The notes beneath the pieces are model-generated. The model worked only from the letters and a program-made list of their open reading frames with translations. It ran no database searches and was not told where the DNA came from. 64,000 bases of DNA from Puccinia triticina (Eukaryota). Positions 13,319-23,749 of the stretch are shown piece after piece. Both the position numbers and the translations under genes were made by a program. The stretch lies in the NCBI GenBank assembly GCA_026914245.1, contig CP110439.1:8742001-8806000 (forward strand), written 5' to 3'. The stretch's first letter is position 1. Each line of letters starts with the position of its first letter.

Positions 13319-13332
13319 TCCTCCCCCAACTT
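13319..13332 (-). other. Polypurine tract (AAGTTGGGGGAGGA)
   Basis: Immediately precedes the 3' LTR on the element's sense strand. Confidence 0.85.
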
Positions 13333-14401
13333 ATTGACTGTCCCCAGTCAATTATGACTTATAACTGTGTTTGTTTTGAGGTTGGGGCTTGATTTGGCTT
13401 GAGAGTGTATTCTTGAGTTTATGGTTTTTGTATAGGTATTTTGTGTTTTGCGGAGAGTGAGACTTGAATTTTTGGGTTGAGGCGGAGGCGTGAACCGGTG
13501 CCCTGTTTGTTGGCTGAATTTATTTCTATTCTGAGGTTGGGGTCGAAACCGCGCGCTTGTGGTGTCTGATTTTGTTGGGTTTGGTGGGAATTGAACCCAG
13601 GTTATAGGTGGTTGGTTGTGGTTATGTCCCTTGGGGTTTGAACCGTGGTCCTGCGGTGTCCAAGCTGCTTGTCGTGGTTCCTGCACAGTCCGCAGTGCGC
13701 GCTGGTTGCCGCTATGCTTGCTCACGCGCCTCGGGTGTCGAGTAGTCATCGGGGGTACTTGGTTTGCGTGATTGGTCGCGCAGGCCTCGCTGCTGCGCCC
13801 GCAGTTGCGCTCTGCGCGTTCTGGTGACGTGTGCGTTTCTCCGATTCGGAATACGAGTCCGTGACAATCTCCTTAGGCCTGTGATATCCTTTCAGCTCGT
13901 TCGATTCCGACTTCGAGCAGCTTCTCCCTCATCCGTCATCCCCACTTCTACGACCCACTCCTCGTTTTTGGCCGCGGTGGTGCTCAATCTTTAGGTAAGT
14001 TGTCTCCTAGTTGCTTTCTTCTCATTTCTTCTTCAATTAGAGCATCCTTTCCGAAGATTCGCCATCACTAGTACTTTCTAGTTCGTTTACGAGAGAGAAC
14101 TAATTGCCCGTTCTCTTTTCTTATTCACTTTTACTTTTGCATTCGAACGAAAGACCCGACCATATGCATATCACATTTGAATGAACTCTGCCGGATCCTT
14201 GTTATGCCTAACGGAATCGTTTCGAAATCGACTCCTATCCTCTCCTTGTCACGGGGGTCAATGGGGTCCCTGTGCAAGGAGAGTATCGTCCGCTTCAAAG
14301 CCGATCCTCAAGAGATAAAAGCGTTTCGTCTTCAGCTCTTCCGTTCCGTCTTCAGTCTGCACGCCAAGCTTTCTCTTATCGATAGCTATCTTCAGAACTT
14401 T

Positions 14402-15735
14402 ATGTCTTCCACTCGCCGTCGTTCTCAACGTGTCTCTGCTGAGGCTCCCCCCTTCGTGGTAGCTCCTGATTGTTGTTATGGCCTATAAGTTCTGCGCCAC
14501 GATTCTGATCGTGATCTTTCCTTTGCTTGTTCCTCAGCCGGCTTGTAATGCTCGTCCTTCTCCTCCGACCAATAACGTACATACTTTTGCTCGTCCTTCT
14601 CCTCCTCCCTCCTCCTTACTTATTTTATCGTTTTCCCTTTTTATTTAGTCTGAGTTTGGGACCCTTGTGTCTTCGAACCGTCTCGAGATCGATACCACAG
14701 TTACTTTTGGAGCGGTTGGGGAGCCTGTTCCTAGCCAGAAGACCTCCAACGAATCGGTACGTTCGCCAGTTTCCCTTCTTCTTTTTATTTCCGTGTTTCT
14801 AACTTCTTTGTTTGTCGTTTTTTTTTTTTTTTTTTTTTTTTTCCAGGACATGGATGTTGATCCTGCCGCTGGTCCCCGCCATGCTGATGTGGTGCTCAAC
14901 TTGGTTCGTTTTCCATCTTCCCTTTCTTTTCCTTGGATGATACTGATCTTTTGTTATTGTTTCCAGGTCGATCGAGTTCAGGACGGGATCAATTTTTACC
15001 CCATCCGCGGTGATTGGTCCCCGGCCTGGATTAGCAACTCCTCCATTCAAGCTCCTCCTGGCTTGGCCAGCCCGGTCTATCCGCCGGTATCCGATTCCTC
15101 CACTAGTCCTTCCAGTGTTACCTCCACTTCGCCCGCCAGTTCTCCAGCTCCAGGAGCGACTGCGGCGGCTCCGATTGTTGTCGATTCTTCTACGGAGGGG
15201 ACTTCAATTGATGCTGTCATGAATGACCCGCCTCCTTATGTGGCTGACCGTGTCGATCCTGCTGAAGCTCTTCCTCGTCCGAATTCACCCATTGAGTTTG
15301 GTCCAGTCACTGATTGGGCCACTGAAGGTCCGCCACCTGCTCCGCCGGCCGTTTCTACTCGTCTAATTAATCTTGAACTTCCCCAAATTCGCCGTACCCT
15401 CGTGGGTGACCATACTGTTCCGTTCGGTATCCAAGTCTACCAGGAAGAAGACTTGCTCGTCATTTTCAACCATATCGCCGACGACTTCATCCTTCACTGA
15501 AACCGATATCCAGCGTCCACCCTCGACAAGCTTGAATCCCGTATCACTTTGTTTCAGAATTTCCAATGGGCGTTCACCGCCAATCGAGCGGTGTTCCTTA
15601 CCACCCACGCCGGCTACTTCTAGGTATGTCTCTTTTTTTTTTTTTTGTTTCCTGACTCGAGTACTGACTGTTTCTTCTTCTTTTCGCTTTTAGACCCGGC
15701 TTCGATATCGGCGGCGAAACTGTGTCGACCTCTGA
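14402..15735 (+). pseudogene. Spliced antisense gene inside the Gypsy element (6 exons, about 319 codons, Pro/Ser-rich with a helical C-terminal part)
   Basis: Exons 14402-14458, 14538-14576, 14649-14756, 14847-14903, 14967-15623 and 15694-15735. All five introns are GT-AG, phase 0, with polypyrimidine tracts, and most have ctgat/ctaac/ctgac branch motifs. In-frame stops at 15498-15500 (TGA) and 15621-15623 (TAG). Confidence 0.7.
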
Positions 15736-16272
15736 ACATGAATCCCTTCTCCGTTCCGCCTGATTCCTTCTTCTTGAGAAACTTGTAACGCCTGAAAACC
15801 CGTCTTGTCCTCCATGTCCTGTTTGTTCCTCTTGTCGTCCTGATTGTACCTCCTGCTAAAGGCTCCAAATCCCTGCTATGTGTGTGTGTTCCCAGCTTGT
15901 CCCGAGTACCGATCCTATGTTTGATATGTCTGAAGATTGCGAGTAAGAAATCGAGCCTGATTCATCTATTATTTACTTTTATGAGTGGGGATAATTAAAA
16001 CTTGAAAATTTTGAAAAAAACTGAGACTTTGATGAGACTTTGAGACTGATAAGAAAGAACCCCCTCCCCCAACTTCGATGGTTGTCCTCAACCAAATTGA
16101 GAATGATACTGTTACATGGTAAAAGATCCTCCCCCAACTTGAAAAAAAAAATGAGTTTAACTTCTTCTTTTTATTTTTATTTTTCTTTTTCTTTTTATAT
16201 TGTTTTCTATTCTTTTTATCTATTTTAGTTATGTTTTACCTTCTTGATACTGTTACAACAAAGAAATATAAT

Positions 16273-19200
16273 TCATTCTGAGCTTTGCGATCCTTCCTCG
16301 GAGTCTTGGTCCGAATCCTGATCTAAATCTTCGACTTCATCCTCCTGAATTTCGGTCAATAGCCGTCCTCGTGGATAGAATCTTTTGATATGTGATGCTG
16401 CGTAAGCCCTCTTTAGTTCTGTTCCGTCTAGTTCTTGCAAAATGTAAGATCCACCGCTGAGTTGCTTCTTAATTTTGAAAGGCCCGTTCCAACGATGCGC
16501 AAACAGCTTTCCCCATTGATCCTCTAGACTTTTATTGTAAATAAGAACCATTTCGCCCGGGTTTAAAGGTTTCCGAAGTCGGGCCGCCATTTTTCTGTCC
16601 CAGAACCTAACTGATGATTCTCGTGTCTCTTGAAGCTTCTGATGAGCTATTCCTAGGATTTCCTCCCTTCTCTCCAGTTGCCGCGTCCGTGCTTCCAAGA
16701 GTTCCGCAGTTGTACTAATTTCTGTCCAATCAATTCCTAAATATGTATCCATTTCCAGGTCCACGGGTAAAACTGATTTCTGGCCAAATACCAACTCGTA
16801 TGGTGAGTATCCTGTCGTCCGTTTTGTAGAGATCCTGTCGGAAAAAAGTACTAAAGGCAAATATTCCCGCCACTTTCCCCCAGATTCTCCACACATTTTT
16901 ACCAAGGTATCTTTAATAGGTCTGTGCCCTCTTTCAATCATGCCATTAGCTTCTGGGTAGTAGGGTGTTGTAGGCTTAAATTTTGCTCCAATCTTTTCCA
17001 CAGCTTTGATAAATTCGTTTTTAAATTCCGGCCCGTTGTCGACCGTGACTGTCTTGATAGGACCGTACCGATAAACCCATTCGTCTAGTAGGAATTTCCC
17101 GATTTTTGCTGCCGTCAGCTTTTCTAGAGGCGCCGCTTCTACCCATCCAGATAAATCGTCCCTGGCCACCAGTAAGTACTTGTACCGCCCCGCTTTGATA
17201 TGGCATACGTCCAATGCTACACGACCAAACAATGTACTTTCTCCAGTCGGATTTCGGATTTCTCGGGGAATTAAAGAGTCCCGTTTCTGGCATGCTTCAC
17301 AGCTTTGGACCCAAAGTTTCACTCGTTTCTTCAAACTTGGCCACCAAAATCTGCAAACTAGTCGTTGATAAGTTTCTTCTAATCCTCTATGCCCTAGTTC
17401 CTCGTGGACGTTTTTCAACAGCTTGAACTGATAATCTGTATTGGATATCACTAGTTGTCCCATGGGTACGTGCCGCCTCATTAGTTTCTGGTCCTGCACA
17501 AAGAAGTTAACTGATTTTCGTTTTAATTGTCTAAAATCTTCTGGTTCCATCCTCTCAGGCTTCTTCAGAGATAACAGAAAGTATTTAAGGTCCATCCAGA
17601 ATCCCGGCGCTTCCCATTCTTGTGGTTCCAATGATGTCTTCAGAATTCTAAACTGCGAACAGACTTTGATTACCGGTGCGTCCTCGTCGAAATCCTCTTG
17701 GTCTTCATAGAACTCTGATTCGTCCTCACTGATTGGCCTTCTAGATAGCCCGTCCGGGAGGGTAAATGTGCTCCCTTTTCTGTGTACAATATCGAATGAA
17801 AAGAGTTGGATGAAAGATACCCAGCGCGTCATCGGGGCGTTTGGAAGTGATGATGAGTTAATCATTTGAATTAATGACTGTGCATCCACCTGGAGTTCAA
17901 AATGTTGACCCCAAAGATATATCTGTAGCTTCTTTAGAATTCTTGCTACCCCGCAAAGTTCTAATTTCGGTTGCGAGTACCGGGATTCTACGGGTGAAAA
18001 CACGATGGATTCGTAAAGTACCGGACGATCTAGTCCTGTTTCTAACTCTTGTTGAAGGAGAACCGCGCCGGCCGCAATGAAGCTTGAGTCGACCGCTAAC
18101 TTAATCATTCCCGCATATTCCGAGTAATCTAGTTTCTTCAAGGTGATTTCTTCTCCAATAATCTTTTTAAGTCTTTCAAAGGCTTCGTCACATTCTTGAC
18201 CCCAAACCCATTCTACGTCCTTTCTTGTGAGTTTCCTAAGGGGTGCCGCGATTTCGGAAAGGTTCTCGATGAAGATTTGAACGTAAGTTACTATTCCCAA
18301 GAATCCCCGTAATTCCGTTACATTATTTGGTGTAGGCCATGTTGATACTTTATTTTTCTTGTGCGCTGAAACTCGCCGTCCTTCTTGACAGACCACGTGA
18401 CCAACAATATCCAGAGCCGGAACGCACACTGCGAACTTCTTCCCCGAGATCGTAAGTCCTGCTTCTTCAATTCTGAACAAGATTCTCTCCAAAGTAACCG
18501 CATATTCCCAAATGAATCTTCTGATTCCTGAGTTTTTGTTTAGGACTTCGTTATTGTATCTGCTGCTAGGCCCTTTTATTCCTGCATCGTCAATGAATAC
18601 TCCCACGTTTCCGGGTATTTCGTCTTGAAGGATCCACATCATCTGTGCTTGGTATACTGCTACAGAATTGGTAGCACCTTGAGGGAGACGAGTGAGTTGA
18701 AATCTTCCTAGTGGTGTGTCAAAAGTGGTCAATGGTCGTGACTCTTCCGCTAATTCTCGTTCGTCGTATCCGCCCATGATGTCGCCTAGACCGTAACAGG
18801 CCCTTCCTGCAAAGGATTCTACAAATTCCTCTGCTGCCGGTGGTAATCCTGCGTCCTTGATAGTGACTTTATTCATTTCTTGCAGGTCGTGGACAATTCG
18901 AAGTTTCCCGTCTGATTTTGCTACACAAAAAACTGGACTCGAGTAACTTGAGGTTGACTGTTCATATAAGCCTGTCCTGATTCGTTCCCTGACTAACTCC
19001 ACATATTCGTCTTTTATTGCAGCTGGAATTGGGATCGGTTTCTTCTGCCAAGGCTGATGGTCTATGACTGGTATTACGTAAGGTAAGCCGTATGAATGTT
19101 TCAGAAGTCCTCTTTCCGCTGGGCAAAATGCTATTGCTTTTTCTCGAATCGTGATCAGGTGTTTAAAGAGTTTTAATTCTTCATTCCAGAGCCATCCTTC

Positions 19201-21129
19201 AGGTCCGAAGTTAACCATCTTTAGTCGTTCCTCGGTTACTTTCAGCGTTGGCTCGAATTCTGGTGGATTTCGTGTGAGTGGGGTTTTGTAGGGGTCTCGA
19301 GAAAGGTCAGGCCTTTGAAGTGGTGGATTGAGTGATTGAGGAATTGCTTCGTTGATTGGTCTGATCTTCTTCCCCACCGGCTTGTATTTTGTCAGACACC
19401 AAAGCCCCCCATCCTTCCAGTTCCGACATAATTGCTCCTGGAACGAGATCTGTAAGCCGTTTGCTAGTAGATGCTGCAGCTGGTTGGTGGAAAACCTCGA
19501 AGTTGATTTGATTGAGGATAGGGACCGGCAGATTATTGATTCTTCCTTCTCCATTTTTGGGCGTCTTAATTTTGCTCCTAGTTCCCAACTTTTCTTTGCT
19601 CCCGTTTTGACGTAGCCACCGATAGATGAAAGGGTGATTGACAGTATTTTGTTGAAGGATTTAAAAATTGATGTACTGATCTTTGCTAGCCCTTTGAATC
19701 CCTCCACAATCATCATTGTTAAGGCCATTATCCAACATAACAAAACCTGTCCTATTTTGAGCCCTTGTGGAACCAAGCTGAACCCAAACGATCGTATATT
19801 ATTTGCGCCGAGATCCTTCATGTTGTTCCACCCTCTTCCTTGTCCTACTTTTGCAAGAGGTACTGATACTTGTCTTCCTTTGTCGCCCAGGAACGTGAGA
19901 ATTTCGCCTGTCTCCTGGTATCCTAACGTGCATTTGTAGTCGAAAAGGAAGGGTCGTCCAAGGATGCAATCTTGAGCTTTCGGCGATACAAACAAGTGAG
20001 CTGGCCCTGAGAATCTTCCTATGGTTACCGGGCAATTTTCCACTACTCCTTTGATGTCGCATTGCGCACCGCCTACCCCTTTCATTGGTATGTCTACTGC
20101 CACAACTTCTAAATCAAGATCGTGTGCTACTGAGGTTGGTATGACATTGACCATGGATCCTGAATCTATCATGAAATCAACCTTTGCTCCATTAATTTCG
20201 GCTGAAACGTATCCCAAGGCGCAGCTGTAGTAACACGGGTCCCTCTCCTCTTCCTGGTTATTGAGTTCCATAGTTGCTACTTTGGTGTCCTTTGTTGAAA
20301 TGTATGTGGTGTTTGATTTTTCTGGTAACCTGCTCTGTAACTTGGAAATAATCTGGGCTGTGTATGCCGGAGAGATTGCCGTGAGCTGAGCAAATGTTGT
20401 TGGTATCTTGACGTTGTCTAGTTCCTGGAGTAGCGTTTCTTCCGGATTCAATTCCTTCTCTTTTCCAGCTAGTCCCTTCTCTTTGCTCCATACTTTCTCA
20501 ACCATTCGTCTTGCTGGGCTGCGTACTGGTGTTTCGAGTTCTTCTTCTTGGTCGACATCCATTTGTTCCTCTTGGCCGGGCTCCTGGATCCTTACGTTTC
20601 TTCGTCCTTTCTGAGCTTCTGACCTTGTCATTGGATGTGATTTAAGGTAATTTTCGGCCCCCAGGGTTGGTGGTTGCCACTCAATTATTTGTGCGGAGGT
20701 TTTGACTGGCTGCGAATTTTGCTGTTCCTGAGCTGCTTCTTGCATTTTAGGGTCTGCTGACGCGGTAGCTACAACTGTTCGGATAGGCCTAGTTGGATTC
20801 CAAGGAATGTGCTGGCCGTTTGGTAAGTACCAATCCTTCCCGTTACGTTTTACCAAACCTTGTGCTTCATCTTTTAGCATTTCCCCGCACCAAGTAGTGG
20901 AGTGACCCTCCCTATGGCAGTAGTAACAAGTCTGGCTTTCATAGAGCGGTGTTGAAGGTCTTCCATTCCCTCGTGAGAATTCTGATCGATCTGATGGCCT
21001 TTCTGGACGGTTTTGGTTGTATGTAACTGGGACTAAACTTCGCATTTGTTGTTTGAGAGCTGATATCTCTTGAGTGAGTTCTTGAACCTGTTTATCTGCT
21101 ACTTTGGAATTAGGCGTGTCGGTAATCAT
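16273..21129 (-). CDS. pol: Gypsy Gag C-terminus plus Pol polyprotein (zinc knuckle, protease, RT, RNase H, integrase)
   Basis: CYYCHREGHSTTWC; IDSGS protease; LPQG and FIDD in RT; VDSS..ELCG RNase H; HHCC zinc finger plus D,D35E-type integrase core and a GPF motif. No chromodomain. Confidence 0.96.
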   Translation of the reverse strand: MITDTPNSKVADKQVQELTQEISALKQQMRSLVPVTYNQNRPERPSDRSEFSRGNGRPSTPLYESQTCYYCHREGHSTTWCGEMLKDEAQGLVKRNGKDWYLPNGQHIPWNPTRPIRTVVATASADPKMQEAAQEQQNSQPVKTSAQIIEWQPPTLGAENYLKSHPMTRSEAQKGRRNVRIQEPGQEEQMDVDQEEELETPVRSPARRMVEKVWSKEKGLAGKEKELNPEETLLQELDNVKIPTTFAQLTAISPAYTAQIISKLQSRLPEKSNTTYISTKDTKVATMELNNQEEERDPCYYSCALGYVSAEINGAKVDFMIDSGSMVNVIPTSVAHDLDLEVVAVDIPMKGVGGAQCDIKGVVENCPVTIGRFSGPAHLFVSPKAQDCILGRPFLFDYKCTLGYQETGEILTFLGDKGRQVSVPLAKVGQGRGWNNMKDLGANNIRSFGFSLVPQGLKIGQVLLCWIMALTMMIVEGFKGLAKISTSIFKSFNKILSITLSSIGGYVKTGAKKSWELGAKLRRPKMEKEESIICRSLSSIKSTSRFSTNQLQHLLANGLQISFQEQLCRNWKDGGLWCLTKYKPVGKKIRPINEAIPQSLNPPLQRPDLSRDPYKTPLTRNPPEFEPTLKVTEERLKMVNFGPEGWLWNEELKLFKHLITIREKAIAFCPAERGLLKHSYGLPYVIPVIDHQPWQKKPIPIPAAIKDEYVELVRERIRTGLYEQSTSSYSSPVFCVAKSDGKLRIVHDLQEMNKVTIKDAGLPPAAEEFVESFAGRACYGLGDIMGGYDERELAEESRPLTTFDTPLGRFQLTRLPQGATNSVAVYQAQMMWILQDEIPGNVGVFIDDAGIKGPSSRYNNEVLNKNSGIRRFIWEYAVTLERILFRIEEAGLTISGKKFAVCVPALDIVGHVVCQEGRRVSAHKKNKVSTWPTPNNVTELRGFLGIVTYVQIFIENLSEIAAPLRKLTRKDVEWVWGQECDEAFERLKKIIGEEITLKKLDYSEYAGMIKLAVDSSFIAAGAVLLQQELETGLDRPVLYESIVFSPVESRYSQPKLELCGVARILKKLQIYLWGQHFELQVDAQSLIQMINSSSLPNAPMTRWVSFIQLFSFDIVHRKGSTFTLPDGLSRRPISEDESEFYEDQEDFDEDAPVIKVCSQFRILKTSLEPQEWEAPGFWMDLKYFLLSLKKPERMEPEDFRQLKRKSVNFFVQDQKLMRRHVPMGQLVISNTDYQFKLLKNVHEELGHRGLEETYQRLVCRFWWPSLKKRVKLWVQSCEACQKRDSLIPREIRNPTGESTLFGRVALDVCHIKAGRYKYLLVARDDLSGWVEAAPLEKLTAAKIGKFLLDEWVYRYGPIKTVTVDNGPEFKNEFIKAVEKIGAKFKPTTPYYPEANGMIERGHRPIKDTLVKMCGESGGKWREYLPLVLFSDRISTKRTTGYSPYELVFGQKSVLPVDLEMDTYLGIDWTEISTTAELLEARTRQLERREEILGIAHQKLQETRESSVRFWDRKMAARLRKPLNPGEMVLIYNKSLEDQWGKLFAHRWNGPFKIKKQLSGGSYILQELDGTELKRAYAASHIKRFYPRGRLLTEIQEDEVEDLDQDSDQDSEEGSQSSE

Positions 21130-21138
21130 CTTTTCTCG

Positions 21139-22113
21139 TCAACGACCATCTCCCTTCTGAGTGTCCATGGTTTTTTGCATGACCCGGTTCGAATCGGCAA
21201 AGCTTTGTACATCTACATATCCATTTTCTTCCGTTTGGATTTCCAACTCGGCTGCTTCTATCGCATGGTCCCAGAGTGGTGGTTTATTACTTCCATCCTT
21301 CCCCTTGGGTAGTCTTCCTTGGCTGACGAGCGATCTCCGGATATTCTTCTGACTTTCTTTTGAAAATGCACTTAAAAATAATAGCGAGGCATCCTCTTTT
21401 TTGTTTATGTGCTCATTGCTGACTAGATACTTGAGGATGGTGGTGAATTTCCCAAGGTATGCTTTGTATTCTCGATGACTGCTAAGTTGACCTTCCCTGG
21501 AGTATTCTTCTGCTACTTTGATTAGATCGGCTGTGGTGTATAGAACTGTGTCGTCCAATTCGCCCCACGATTCTACCATATCTTTTCGTAACTTCCTCCA
21601 ATCGCATTCGTCGTATCTGTCCATTGCCTCGAGTTCGCTTTTGAGTTCCTCCGTCTGCACAAATCGTCCGATCTGTAACGCCTTATCGTAATCCGTTGCC
21701 TGGTATGTCCTTGCTGCTCTCTCGTATCGTTTCAGAAACTTCATAAAGTGGGTCCCGTTGTAGAGCAATCCCGGGTCTTTAATAATTTTTGGTGCTCCTC
21801 TTTGCATAACAGGAGACTCGTCTTCTTCTTCCATAAGTCCTTCAGATTGGCGAACATTATGCATCCCGTATCCCTGAGCTTGTGGTCTAGGTCGACTTTC
21901 GTTCTGAGGTGTACCGGAGTCTGATTCATTTCCGCCTTCCTCTTGATCTCTATACGTGTTTGCAGGTCCTTTGCCTTTGTCTGGGCGTGGTGGTGGTAAA
22001 CCGGTTTGTGGATTCCAGTTCGAAGTGTTTGAAAAAAATTGGTTTCTCGAAGGAGTTTCTAGAGGAGCAAATCCGCCTTCCAATTCTGGCATGTTTGTAA
22101 ATGGTAAGCCCAT
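21139..22113 (-). CDS. gag: Gypsy Gag N-terminal part, in frame with pol and separated by one TGA
   Basis: 324-aa ORF (YNGTHFMKFLKRYE..W..L). The stop at 21139-21141 lies 3 codons before the pol ORF, in the same frame. Confidence 0.85.
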   Translation of the reverse strand: MGLPFTNMPELEGGFAPLETPSRNQFFSNTSNWNPQTGLPPPRPDKGKGPANTYRDQEEGGNESDSGTPQNESRPRPQAQGYGMHNVRQSEGLMEEEDESPVMQRGAPKIIKDPGLLYNGTHFMKFLKRYERAARTYQATDYDKALQIGRFVQTEELKSELEAMDRYDECDWRKLRKDMVESWGELDDTVLYTTADLIKVAEEYSREGQLSSHREYKAYLGKFTTILKYLVSNEHINKKEDASLLFLSAFSKESQKNIRRSLVSQGRLPKGKDGSNKPPLWDHAIEAAELEIQTEENGYVDVQSFADSNRVMQKTMDTQKGDGR

Positions 22114-22714
22114 GTTGACTTCTGTTGCTTTTCTGGTTGTTCTAAAAAATTCTATCTGTTGAGTATTTATCCTGCTAATCTCTGATTTTCTCGATTATAA
22201 ATGGTCTCTGGTCTCTTTACCAGGGCAAGCTGAGGGGTTTATTCCAAATAACTAATAGTAGCTGGGAGGGTTCTTCTAACAGTATACGATTATCCAGAGT
22301 CTATTTCTGTCCGGCTTCTTCAGGTGCAATAACCTTTCTTCCGAGCTTCTAATCGTCCGCTTTCTTTGAGTGGTGCTCCAACGTTCTCTTCTAACAGGAT
22401 CCTAGTTATCCAAATCCTTTGGCAATCTTCCGTCTTCTGGTATATAACTGGCTGCTTTCTTCAAGATACGTCCTTCAGTACTGGTTCGTTGTTCAATCTT
22501 TATTCTTCAGAGATGTTGAGTCTTTTTCGTCGCTGGATAGTCTTTTTCAATAGACTAGTTGATCTTCAGAGTAACTGAGTTTTCCGTTTATTTAAATGAC
22601 AGTAGTGGCTGATAGATTTGTTGTTCTTTCTTCTTATTCAAGTATTCGACTAATTTGGTTGACTTCGTTCGACAATCCAATTATACGGTAATCCGATCAC
22701 GTTGGGGACTCCCT

Positions 22715-23749
22715 TGTAAGACTCAAAAGGTGTCGTGAGACCCTTTTGCTGAATGGCGAAAGGTATGGATGAGGAGCAAGCTCTGCCTTTCTGTATATCA
22801 GAAAACAAGACCACCAAGGTAAGCTTGGCAATTTATTTTGTGATAGGATATGTTCGAAGATGAGATGTATAAGAGGATTGTTGTTGATGTCCGAGGTTGA
22901 TGGGGTTACTGATGTATGTAGTAGGTGACGGTGACTTGATGTCTCGAGTGGGGCTTGAACCTAGGTCCTTGGCCTGGGGGTATATAAGTTCAGAAAGTGA
23001 GGGGTGATGAGGGTGAGAGGGAGCTAAGCTCAACCAGGAGTGGAACCGGGGACTGGTTACTGGTGAAAGGTGTGTGACTGAGCGGCGATATGAATTTCAA
23101 ATAAAGTGTGAAAGGTATGAGAAAGTGAGTGGTGATGTGAGCTGATAACTGTGATATGGATAGATAATATGAGTGATAAGTGAGTAGAGAATATAGACTC
23201 CCCGATGGCATGAGGCCGGGAACAACTGGCAGGCAGAGGCCTCCTTATATAGACAATGATGAGGGAATTTAGCTCCAGGGGAGCAGCTATGAGGGAATTT
23301 GGCTGGTGAGAAAGTACAACTGAGGGAATTTAGCTAGACTATTTACAATGCGTCCCTTTGATATGCAAACAGGATCATATATATTCATACAGGGATTTTC
23401 CAAGATCAAAGATATGCAACTGGAAAACAAACATATGCAAATGAAAATAGGAGGTGAGAACTGATAAAAGGAAGGAAGAAAGGTAATTCATGTGCCGTAT
23501 GCATTATGCCAAGTATGGTAGCCGAGAGTTGAGTCTGTGTGTGAACCCGCTTGGACTGGTGCGTGAAAGGGATGATTTGCGTATCTTCTGATCCGGTAGA
23601 GATATGAGAGTGGTTTCAGTGGGTGACTAGGGGTTATTTTGGTCCTAGATTCCATTTCTGATTTCCATTTGGCCGTATCTTGAGGCGTTTTGTGAGTACA
23701 CATAAAAGTTTGAATTTTTCCTTCTACAAACACAGGAATAATGACCACA
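22715..23749 (-). repeat. 5' LTR
   Basis: Direct repeat of 12284-13318. Contains TATATAA on the minus strand near 23244-23250. Confidence 0.96.

Larger units (their letters stand above)
12284..23749 (-). mobile_element. Full-length Ty3/Gypsy LTR retrotransposon (11,466 bp)
   Basis: Two 1035-bp TG..CA LTRs, a 4-bp TSD TCGC (12280-12283 and 23750-23753), a PPT next to the left LTR, and domain order gag-PR-RT-RH-IN. Confidence 0.97.

Noticed and set aside
12402..13329. Identical small ORFs duplicated at 22833-23757
   Set aside because: They are incidental ORFs within the two LTR copies.
14667..15500. Single-exon 277-aa membrane or env-like protein
   Set aside because: The hydrophobic Phe-rich stretches are intron polypyrimidine tracts read in frame, and the gene is antisense to pol.
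21130..21141. Programmed stop-codon readthrough between gag and pol
   Set aside because: The TGA lies upstream of the Gag zinc knuckle and in a T-CGA-type context like other damage stops. Mutation is more likely unless all copies share it.
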